From the human T2T-CHM13v2.0 reference genome, Homo sapiens: a stretch of DNA of 64,000 bases. Made by a program: the position numbers and the translations under genes. Shown piece by piece: positions 52,488 through 64,000 of this stretch. The notes under the pieces were generated by a model. It ran no database searches and was not told the DNA's origin. It saw only the letters and a list, made by a program, of their open reading frames with translations. Each line of letters starts with the position of its first letter. The stretch's first letter is position 1. The stretch lies in assembly GCF_009914755.1 (NCBI RefSeq), contig NC_060926.1; one strand, 5' to 3'.

Positions 52488-55400
52488 AAAATCATCTAAT
52501 ATATTCCAACCTATGGCATCACCTATCTGTTCCCACCTCACTTCCAACCTTTGCTAAGGAAGTTAGTCATGTCATTTGTAAGGGTAAATTTGAAATGTGC
52601 AGCTCAGTCCCACTGACACTAAGGAAAAAAGCACTAAACAAAATTAAATTAATTCCTCTTTATATATAGTAATGCATTTCAAATAAACTCCCAGAGGGTA
52701 TAAAACAGTTATTGTTTATCCTTACAATTATTATATATTCAAGTCTGAACATAAAAGCAATTGATCTTTTCTGTAAAATGCTGATTCTATTAACAAACCC
52801 ACCTTTAAATATTACTCGCTGTTCCAAACTGCTTTTTGTAGACTGCTTCAGCCAGTACTTTGGAGGGGGCAGTCAACCATGTTGCTGTACTGATCCTCAC
52901 ACAACTACAGAAATTACAAATATGTTTTCACAGGAGCAGCAAGACCTCATTAATCAAGTTGTACACACTTCCATCAGCCACAGGCAGAGCCAATGGGTCT
53001 GTCTCAGATGTCCCACCCTAAATTCTGTATGTGTTCACTTTAGTTTATAGAGAATAAAGCCTTGTAAAAAATAAATCTGATGGCTCTACTAATGGCATAA
53101 TTTGTTTTTCTCAGCTACTCCTCCTCCTCCCAATGGCAAATTACTTTTAAAAGTAAGTATCAAAAATACATTTCACAAAGCATGATCTTCATAATTTATC
53201 ACATAACACTTGTCTCCTAAAGTAGGTTTTTTTTGTTATTTTACCTGCTTATCTAAAAATAAGTCAATACATTTAAGCATCCTCCTTTTGCAACTGTCTA
53301 TACATGCCCTCTATTTTTAAATCATAATCACTACTGAGTCACAGATGGACAGATGAACCCATGTAAAAAAAAACATTCCTTGATAAATCGATCTTTCCAA
53401 CTTTTATCCTAATAGTATGAATGCTCATATTCAGTCAAATTGCTTGAACATCACCTATGATGCTATTTTTATGTGAAATAAAGTAAAAATAAATTTCTTG
53501 GTTTTGCTACCTTAGAAACTTATACATAGAAACACCATACTGACTAAAATGCATTATTAAACTCTAGATCATATCAATCAAACATAAGTATATTTTCCTC
53601 TCATTATCATTTTAAAGGATTTTTGTGGCCTAAGAAAAAATTATTTTAAACATGATCATTTGAATTTTAACATATGTAAATAAAATCATAAGATACATAA
53701 TAGTGTCTTATACATAAGTGTCTTATCCTTCAAAAATTATGTGAGCAAATTTGCTATTCCTGGATATCATATGTCTCTCAGCTTTTGCTTTTTTCCCCAT
53801 TTTCTTTTTGTTTACAATACAGGTCTGTAGTATTTCATTCAGAACAATGAGCTTTAAAATAAAAAAAGGATTCATTTTCTTTTAAATATTGTATGGTTAC
53901 CTCCTTATTATGATAAATTATAAAGTTCCTTTAGATGGTGTCCTCATATTATTAAGATAAATTAGTCCAATTTATCAAAGAAAAGTGCTCAAGTGGATCC
54001 ATCTGTCCATCTGTGAAGCATGAATGCTGTGAGAATACGACTTTAAAAATAGATTCGAAGTATAAGCGGTGTACAAAGTTATTTAAATATATTAAATTAT
54101 TATAGGTAAATTATGGTAAATAGGCAAAAGGTAATTCAGCAGAAATATACAATAAAAATAAGCTTGTTTTATCAAGCTCAATATTTAAAAACATGTCACC
54201 TTTCTTTTTCCCATATTCATTTTATGAAAATGTACGTTTGCCCACAGAGAAGCCCAGACACTGAAAATGGTCTCATCAACACAACCAACATTTTCCTTTG
54301 ACTAACCTCCTTCGAACTGTTTTAACACTGTAGAGTGCAGAAACGTAGCTTTCTATCAAAGACATAGTGTGCTGCCCTCCACTGTGTGGGAGACTTGAAA
54401 TTGTTCAGCCCCACGGTCACTTGGTTACTACATTACACTGCAAGAATATAGTAGGTAAACACAGTGTGGTGTGGGGGGACAAAGTATCCTTTCTGAGCAG
54501 GGAGGTTTAGATAATGGTCAAACAATAATGGATTTCATGGTGTCGGATTCATTTGATTTCCACTGGCCTCACCCAGAATCATCTTTAGATTACTTTTGAA
54601 CATCGTGTATTCATTGCTCTCCTATTTGTCAAAGTACATTTTCTAGGCCAAATTTTGCTTTTCAGAGCATTTCTAAATGACTTCCCATAGATGTCTTCAG
54701 GTTTCTGAGACAAATTTGCTTGACAGGGAAAATATTCAAACTATTATTTATAACCTCATTTCTAAAAGAACGGATACCAATTTTCTCATACATGAATACA
54801 TTTTTTTAAAAAGAACTATTTAAATCTTTCCTGAAGGAGAATTCATAAAATACTTACGTGACCTGTGCTGATAATATCAGATTAATATTTTTAACAACTT
54901 CATATGCTTAAATATTTTAAGATCATGTCTTTTCCTACAATTTTACATTTGGTAAACAGCAAACAGCATTTTGTACCAAATAACACACTCAGTTCTTAGC
55001 ACTTTTTTTAAAAAAAAAACAGTATTATGTTTACCTAATAAAACACAGACAAGGAAGGTACACTTGTACAGTAGACAAATAATTTGTACAAAAAGTGTGC
55101 CATTCAAATAGCTGAAGATTATAAATGTTCATATGGGAGTAAATTCTTATTCCTTGATTAAATCATCTTAAATGACATCTTAGCTAATTTATAATTGGAG
55201 TTTTCAATTAAAATTTCTTGATTAATGAGGTTATATATGTTTTCCATTCCTGGAAATTTTGGTGTATATATTTACCCTGTTTAAATTATGAATCAATGAT
55301 TTAAGTAACATGAAAAATGATAGAATAACGAATACTTAACTATCTAACATCACAAAGGCTAAATGTTGTCATTTTCACCAATTCATTCAGAGTGAATTAA

Positions 55401-56879
55401 AGAAAAGAGGTATAGAAATTCTCATGCTTTAATAATTTCTTAGCAATAACTCACCAGCCTTAAATATTGGATTCAAAATCTAACCTTCATTATGAAACCT
55501 TGTATGTCAAAAGATATATACAATATATGAAAAAAGATGAATACATTCACTGAATATATATTAAGTTTAGAAAAGTATATTATCCTAATTTACTGCATGA
55601 GTAACTGGTATAAATTATTCTATTTCAGCTACATCTCTGCACAATTCATTTAAAACTGATTATGAGAACTCTTCTTCTAGAAATGCAGAGGATGAGGGAA
55701 AATAAACCAATGCAACATCATATTTTGCCACATAATTTCACAACAGATATTGTTCTTAAAAATCATGAAATCTTCAACAGCAAGCCCCCTTTAAAATGTC
55801 TTGACTCAGAATACTGTGCAATATCTTATTAAATACTATTGTATATATCTAAACTTGTTCTAAATGTGATATATAAAAGTCAGAAATATTTACATATTTT
55901 AAAAACTTGTATATATATACATATATATATCCATATATATCTCCATCAATCTATATCGCTTTGATAGAAAATTTGATGATCTGTATTGAGAAGGCAGTTT
56001 TCTATTCTGCCTGAAGGTTCAGATAGGTTTCTATCAGAAATAAAGTGGAAGGTTTAGAAGAAAATCAACCAATAAAATCTATTTCAAATTGCTGAACATG
56101 AATTTGCAGGGTTTTGTTTTGGGCTAATGTATCTGTTTTTTCCTAGTTTCCAACCTCACCAAGAAGAGCAGAGGGCTGGCAAACACTGGCTTAATTATCC
56201 CCATCAGTCTCAGAGACAAGGCGCTTAAGAGTTCTAGCTGCTGTAAACACTCCCCTGATAGCAGATAAGGAATCTGCTGAAAGGCAGTTTTGTCTGGGAA
56301 ACCTCAGGGGCACACCAGTTAATCATTAGTGCAATATTGTATATGCATTACTACATCAAAGGAAACAGAACCCAATATTCTATTGTGAAGATTGTCTGTG
56401 TTTTCTTAAAGGTAAGAAAACAAATGCTAAACCAGAAAATAAAAGATAATAATTACATTTGCACATTTACCACAGAAACAAAGAATGTTCTACTTTACAT
56501 TTTTTTTTTCAAGAAAGAATAAGTCATTATTGCTTTTTATTTTTTAAATGTGCCCACTGGGAAAAAAGCTTTCCACTGAAGTCAAACGTGTAACTTTTGT
56601 CTAAAGAGAAATTTGCATCTTTGTATCTAAAAACATTGATCAGAATCAGAGAATATCACATAACCTTATTTTATCACAACACTAGAAGTAAAACAATGTT
56701 ATTCTTCTATATCAGCACTGTGTTTGTAAAGGGATCTATTTGTGGAAAACTGACACCTCACTGTCCCTAACAAAGAACTTTTCTATCACTTCAAAATGAA
56801 GGCATCCACAATGACCTACTATTCTTTACATCTAATAGACTTCTCATAGTCCCATTATCAGAGAATCTTAGAGGTTTCC

Positions 56880-57240
56880 AAAGCCTTCCTAGCATGAGTC
56901 CAGAGTTAACTTCCACTCTCTCTCAGCCCTTCTGTCACTGTGTGCAAGCCAAAGAAAAGTTTTCAGCATCAAATACTCCTTGCCCTTTCCCACATCCTTG
57001 CCTTAATTAGCACTATTTCTTCTGATTGGATGTCTATTTGCTAGCCCCATCTCTACAGGTTTACCTTTCCTGGAAGCTCCAAGTCTCATATCTGAATTCA
57101 AAACAATCTCTGTTGCTTCCCTTATGTAACTGGAAGTAATTTCTTTTTTCCTCGGGACTCTTGTAGCAACTTTTTTATTAGAATAATGCCTAATCTAATG
57201 TTTGGCATATCATGGGCTCTCAGTAAATGCTGCTAAATGA
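56880..57240 (+). mobile_element. L2 fragment(s)
   Basis: ccttgccttaattagcactatttcttctg...tagaataatgcct...tggcatatcatgggctctcagtaaatgctgctaaatga. Confidence 0.45.
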
Positions 57241-58294
57241 CCAAACTTAGTAGCAACTGCTGATTTTTATTAATGATTATGTATGGATATTTACCAAGAT
57301 TTTAAGGAAAATAAAATGACCCTTTCTACCACAGAAAGCATGGTGACTTTCAGTGACCATACTGAAAAATCTTTAAAATCTACATAAGATTACTAACTCA
57401 TGCTACTCTTTCAGTGTGTCTAAAATCATCTAAATTCTTCACTTTTTTTCCTTGATGAAAAATTCAGTGATTTAGACTGAGACTTACTTAACTATTTGTG
57501 AGTTAATCAGGATGAAACAGAGATGTCTCAATCAGGTATTAATAAGCCCAGATTTTGCTTCTGTCAGATATGATACAGTCCCATCTTCTTAACAGATTTT
57601 TCTCAGAGGAAATTTTTAGTTTAAATTTTTAGTTTACAGCCAACTCAACATGGATTCTAAACAAGTGAGTTCAACATCCAAACAAAAGTGACCAAAAGTT
57701 TTTTTTTATTCTATGTTTTACAAATGTGTAGTCTCAGTATTATCCCAAGTCTATCCCCAAGGTCCATAAAGAATTTGAACCCATACTTTAATTAAAGTTT
57801 CAGGATAAGGGAAATTTTGTGTAATAACATTTCCATTTGGTTCATACAATGTAATTGATAAAGCCTTCCTTAATTATTCTGATCTGAGGCTTTCAGGAAG
57901 ACTCTACATTATTTGAATCAAACCATATGTGCCTCCATGCTTTCTTTGTCTAGACACCACCAGTCAAATAGCCTAGGTAAATATTTCATACTGATGAAGC
58001 AGTGACATCTTTGAAAGCTGACACCAAGACAGAGTGGCTCTTTCTGGAGTTAGTATATCAAAGAGGGAAGGTTTTGCATATAGGCTGTCTGTAAAGTAAA
58101 TAACATCATAACTGCAATTTTGACCTTCCAAAGCATTTTACTCTGTAAAAGTAATGTTATGGCAGATTAATTCTTTTACTGGCACTCTTACTACTCAGAC
58201 ATATGTGCCAGACTTTCTATAGTAGAAGACAAAATTCACAATGTGTGAGAGTGCATGGTTAGAAGAAAGCTTTTCCTTAACAAAGTAGAACAAT

Positions 58295-58482
58295 AGTTAG
58301 GGCAAGGGGCTTGTAGCTGAACTACTGTCATTTTGAAATCCATTTTTGGTGAATGTTATCTATACGGCCTTAGGCAAATTATTTAACCTCCACAATCCTC
58401 AACTGATTCATCTACAATAAAATAATAACTTCTATTCGACAATGTCTGGCATGTGGTTGTCACATTAGCATTTGATTAATAT
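58295..58482 (+). mobile_element. MIR (degraded)
   Basis: ggccttaggcaaattatttaacctcc...cctcaact...tcatctacaat. Confidence 0.6.
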
Positions 58483-61400
58483 GAAAAACAGCAGAAGTGT
58501 GAGTTTCACTCTGCGTTTTAAAAGTAGAACAGGGTAACAAGGTTTCTAACTCATATGACATTTTAATAGACAATATAATAACAAAATTTGATGAATATGT
58601 AAAATAGGTTATATCCATTTAAAGCATATAATTTTGTATATACATAACATTTTAAAAGTTTCACATAGAAAGTTTTTTTTACTGAGGTTAGGTTATAAAA
58701 ATGAGACAAATTGTATAATTGAAACTTTCAAAGAGTTATAATAAATATTTAGTTTTAATCTATAAAGATTTTCTACTTTGTTATTATAATGTTTTAAATT
58801 CAGTGGCTATCATTTTTTATTTTCTGTACTGGCAGATCTGGTAAAAGTATGACTTTCAAATCTGTAGCCAGATACTTCCATCGGTATACTAAAATAAAGA
58901 CTTTGTAACTCAATGGAATGGAGAAATAAATTTAAAAAGGAATGGCCAAATTAGCGGCTAATTTTAAAGAAAACACAAATAGGGCTTACAATACATGCTT
59001 TTAGGTTATCTACCACCTGTTTTAGCTTTTAAACATATACTCACACATTATATTTTCTTAGCAACTGCAAGCCCATTTTGATGTCCTAAGAATTTAATAT
59101 AGCTCTTTAAAAATTAACGTAGTCTCTAATTGGTAAAAAGAAAAATGTCATGTAAGCTATCTAGTGTGACTTGTTTTCTTCCTGACATCCATGCCAAATG
59201 TGCTTAGATGCTGATGGGTTATGAGATCCAAAGAATGCTATTTCTCAGTTCTTCAATTAAAAAATGGTTTATAAATTGCCATATTTCAGAATATAAAACT
59301 TCATTTTACCAATGCCAACACAGCCAATGCCAGCACTATCTTTATAAAAAATAAATAATACAATAGAAATATTGAATAAAATTTAGTAATTTTGGTCTCA
59401 GAGTAGCAAAAACATAATTTAAAACACATATACAATTGTATACCTAAATACTTCTTTCATAAAAAAATATACTTTTTAAAAGAGCTATTAAGTTTTAATT
59501 ATAAAACAATTGAAATTTAAAGGTGATAGGCAGTTGTCAAATATTACTTACAGCCTAATTTTTAAAATTTGTGCCATGAAGATAAAAATATGGGCATTTT
59601 ACTGCCTATAAAAACATAAATTTGAAACACGAAAAAATATATTTACTGATTGTATACAATATACATTAATTTAAATAACAGCAGAGATTAAATTTAGCAG
59701 TTTGGTATATATCCCACTATAATATCAGACTTAAGTATCAGATTCCTATTTACATGATGTAATATTACATTTAAATTTTTAAATTTAAATGTTTTTGGAT
59801 AGTATAGCTTTTAAAGGTATCCTATGGTTGTAATTGTGTGATCAGACTAAGTAGCCCATGCAGACTTGTATTTGCAAAATATACAATATAAAATCAATTT
59901 CTTTTCATCATATCTTGTTAAGATATTATTAAGGAAATGATCACTTTTGTATAACTAAAAGATAGAACATGAAAATAAGTAGGCTTTTAACTGATATTTA
60001 TTTTACCTCGTTATCACTGACAACAGAATCATAGCTACAGATAATACCTAGATAGATTTATTCATTGAAAAAATACATGGATGCTTAAAAATTAAAGAAC
60101 ATGCTATTATAATCATCATTACACTGAATTCTTAATATTTCAAAATGTAATATTCACATTTAATCTGAACTTCACGTCCAACTTAGACACTTAGATAAGA
60201 ATAAACTGCAGCCAGATATCTATGAAAAAGACAAATGAAAATAATTTACATTTGACAGCAAATACACCTAAGGCACCTGTTTGTTGCTTTCATTAAAAAA
60301 AAAATACTTATATATTTGGAAATGAGTTACATAAATTTTTGTTAGATAATTCATTTTAAATATGGATTTACACTGGAAAATTAATTGGATTTACAAACGG
60401 ATTTACACTACTTCACAATTGGTAGTGTGACAACTAAACCAGCCTCTATACATGATTATATATACATTTACAAAACTTTTAAGAACTACCAATTTATTAT
60501 TGTCCATGAATTCCACTATAGATTTGAACTTATGACTCATAGATACCAAACAGCTAATGGAAAGAGGATCAAGGATCAGAGAAATTGTGCTTCCAGATGC
60601 CAATATGTTGAATATAATAAGAACTGTGAAACACATCTAGTGTACACTGTGGAATGACACAATTCTACACATCTCTGGTAAACTGGTTAGTTAACTGAAG
60701 AATGTTTAAAATTTACTTCAAATATAGAATATTTCATATCTCAATTCTGGGCTGCAACTTTCCTTTCTTAAGTAGTTCTAGTTCCTTATGCAATTAGCCA
60801 TTCTTTTGAATCAACCTAGCATACAGCTAGTTGATTGTTTAGGGAAATGGGAGGAAAGGGAGATGGGAGAATACCCGGGAAGTGATTCAGAGCATGTATT
60901 GCCAAAATTTTTACACTGTGCATGCTTTGCTTTTCCAAGTTGTCCTGTGCCCAATTAGAACCTGAATTTTTTTCTTTCAAAAAAATGAATTTCTGTCTAA
61001 AGCCCCTTGACTCCTACTACCGCTAATAAAGAATTCTCAGTCAGCAATTTGCAGAGTAGGGAAGCCAGGGATAATGCAACTGGGCAGCCTTTACAAGCAA
61101 AACAAAACACCAAAGAAAGGGAATAAAAAGACTGACAACAATGTAAGCTCTCCCAGAAGGCTCATACTTATTTTTCCCCCTCTAAAATGTAACATTAAAG
61201 AAGCTGAATCAGCTGTGACCATAATGATGCAAAGTTTTGATTATTATGGCAAATTATACCTTTGCTATTCAGGAGAGGGCAAAAAAGTTTTGTGGCTCAT
61301 CAAAAGAAGCAAGGAATGAGAGCCAAGGCCACTGACATTTGTGGTGGCAGATTAAGCTGTGAGCAGACTCTAAATAAATTCCATTCTCCCCCATCCCCAA

Positions 61401-61531
61401 AATACACTATTCTGGCTATTAAGACTGACTTGCATTTTATGCATGCCAGTACACTATCCATTCAGGATCACTTATTTCAGTGGGAGACAGGGAGGGTAGT
61501 CTTCTGAGTTAGGAAGCTGTAACAGATTATT

Positions 61532-61580
61532 TGTGTGTGCGTCTGTGTGTGTGTGTGAGTGTGTGTGTGTGTGTGTGTGT
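61532..61580. repeat. Interrupted (GT)n microsatellite
   Basis: Read directly. Confidence 0.9.
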
Positions 61581-63546
61581 TTATCAGACTGCTAACTGAA
61601 TGAATTATAGTCTCTGCTTCAAGTTTAAATAAGTATTTTATAAAATAGACAAAATATTTAAATCTTATTTAAAGTCAAATATTTTATAAAATATTTATAA
61701 AAATTTCTGGTCATTTAATTTTTGAAAAAAAATGCTTAAAACAGAAATTAGCCTTTCTGTCATTCACAATACATGACTAAAATCCTTTCTTTTAGGAACA
61801 CAAAATAAGGTTTGCAAAGACATGTAAATAATTCAAACTAAAGTTCTCAAAGATATATAATCTATATAAGAATAAAATGCTCAAATTATCTTGTGAACTC
61901 TTTGGTTTTCTTGATTAAATGATGTTTTCTTTTTACATTGACTAACGTTCTTTACAGTTGTTTTGGAATAATATATCCCCATTTAGAAGAAAAATAAGAA
62001 TATATCTGTCATAAGACTGATGGGAAAATATGAAGCAAGTAAAGAAAATTATAACAATCCTAAAATGAAATTATAGAAAGTGAAACAATATTAAGGACCA
62101 TAAACCAAGTGTCATTAAAAATAGTGGCAATCTATTGCAAATTCAGCATTACCAGTCAAACTAAATTGACTGTAAGTACTGAGAAAAACTTTACAACTTC
62201 ATTTCAAGCCTAATTTTAATAAAAATATTTCCTTAGCTACAAATAGCTTTATGAGGTATAAAAAAAGAAGAAGTATATGTAGGAAATATTATCTTTGATA
62301 AGTCAGTAAATCTGACTCTTCCATAATCAATGATATATAACCTGATATCCTTGTTTCGGTTTATACATATGCTTTATATTTGTTCATCTACAAATCATGA
62401 TAATGTTTTTAAGCTAACTAGCACACAAAGAACTACAAAAGTTCAAATTTACAAGGACTCACAAATAACTGTAAGTACATACTGAGGAGAACAGGTTTCT
62501 ATTGAGGAAAACTGTCTTTAGTATTCAGAAAGTGTACCTTGAAGGGAAAACCCTCCACAATCAGACCAGCTAAAACAACAATGACAATTAAGCATATAGT
62601 AGAAAAATATCAAATATCAACAATGACAATTAGGAATATAGCAGATAAATACCTTCAAATCTAAGAAAATGCCCTAAAAATTTTGATATGTCATTCAGTG
62701 GCAGTGAGGCAAAGAAGACAGGGATCACCATCTCAAGGTGCTAGCCTCCGAAAAAATATAAATTTGATTGGCAAAATCTGCTCAGAGACCATTTACATGC
62801 TATTCATGGAATAAGAATGAAGTTGAAACAAGTATTAGAGTATGTTCTGTGATGCTTACTACTGCATATCTGATATAAATTATGATTATATTAAAAAGCT
62901 TGGCAGTTTTCACTGTGTGGCCTGGTTTGTGCAAGATAGGATTCCAAATATTGTTTTCTCCAAAAACTACAGTGAATTAAAATGACAATTTTAATATCAT
63001 TGGACTGCTTACACATCACAGAGGATATAAAAATTATGGGGAAAAAAGAACAGTGACTTTAATCAGCTCCATGTTACAAATTACACCTTTCAGTGTTAAG
63101 GATACAAAAATTCCTTAAAGGGAAACCAGATCATAAAACACATGAATTCAGGGAGATCTATGGCTACCACAAACCACACTGTCCAGCTATTGGAAAGTAT
63201 TGTCATAAAAAAGTTTGATTGTTAATAGATTTCTGAAATATTTCCAGGTGATTTTCTCATTAATAATATATTTTATCCCATAAGACAATCACCAATAAAA
63301 CATAAGATACATAACTTAGAGCACTTGATACTACATTTTGAATAATATTATCAAAAATAGCTTTTAAAAATGTCTCTGCTTTTAACTCTATGGATTAAAT
63401 GAATTTATAAAGCACAGATTTATTTATATGGATTTTAACCATTCTTTTAATAAAACGTTATCAAAATTATAAAAATATTATTACATTTTTAAATAAACAA
63501 TGATTACTATAGTTGTATAAATGAATCCAAAATTGATAAATCATCT

Positions 63547-63940
63547 CTCTATGGACTGAATTGTGTCTCTTCCAAATTTATATGTTGAAGCCCTAACCCC
63601 CAATGTGACTGTATTTGAATACAGGGCTTTTCAGGAAGGTTAAACAAGGTAATAAGGCCAGAAGAGTGAGGCCTTAATCTGATAGGACTGGTGTCCTTAT
63701 AAAAAGTAGAGACACTAGATAACTACACCCCCAAAACCCTGTCCCAGCATGCAGAGAAGAGATCATGTGTGGACACAGTGTAAAGACAGCCATCTACAAG
63801 TCAAAGGAGAGTCCTCAGAACAAAACCTATCATGCCAGCATCTTGATCTTTGACTCTGGCCTCCAGAACTCTGAGAAAATACATTTCTGTTGTTTAATCC
63901 ACCCATCCGTGGTGTTTTAATGTGGCAGGCCTAGAAAACT
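63547..63940 (+). mobile_element. MLT1A-like MaLR solo LTR
   Basis: ctatggactgaattgtgtc...gccctaacccccaatgtgactgtatttg...gcctccagaactctgagaaaatacatttctgttgttta. Confidence 0.88.
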
Positions 63941-63953
63941 CTTAATGGTGTCC

Positions 63954-64000
63954 AAGCAAACAAAAACATAAAGTGGGGAAAGGACACCCTTTTCAACAAA
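63954..64000 (+). mobile_element. Start of an L1PB-like ORF2 fragment running off the window
   Basis: aagcaaacaaaaacataaagtggggaaaggacacccttttcaacaaa resembles L1 ORF2. Confidence 0.75.

Noticed and set aside
60553-60623. Possible minus-strand hydrophobic exon (LIIFNILASGSTISLILDPLSISCL)
   Set aside because: The acceptor is plausible but the donor (gtatct) is poor and the peptide is not recognised

Overview
AT-rich, CpG-poor primate (human-like) genomic DNA that is mostly intron. It carries Alu (J, S and Y subfamilies), L1 fragments, MIR/L2, THE1 and MLT1 solo LTRs, hAT/Tigger DNA-transposon fossils (MER1A, MER3/33, MER5, MER20, MER46, MER103) and microsatellites. None of the supplied ORFs is a credible stand-alone protein: they are chance ORFs or repeat-derived. 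The clearest non-repeat signal is the apparent 3' end of a minus-strand gene that I cannot name. It has three candidate alternative last exons (first bases 23390, 20810 and 13346), each followed by stops and AATAAA, plus a weaker stop-containing internal exon at 32803-32947. I see no convincing novel biological system. The findings are this alternative-last-exon array, several small template-switch or duplication scars, unusual Alu structures and a few motif clusters. Repeat subfamilies and boundaries were called by eye from remembered consensus sequences and are approximate.
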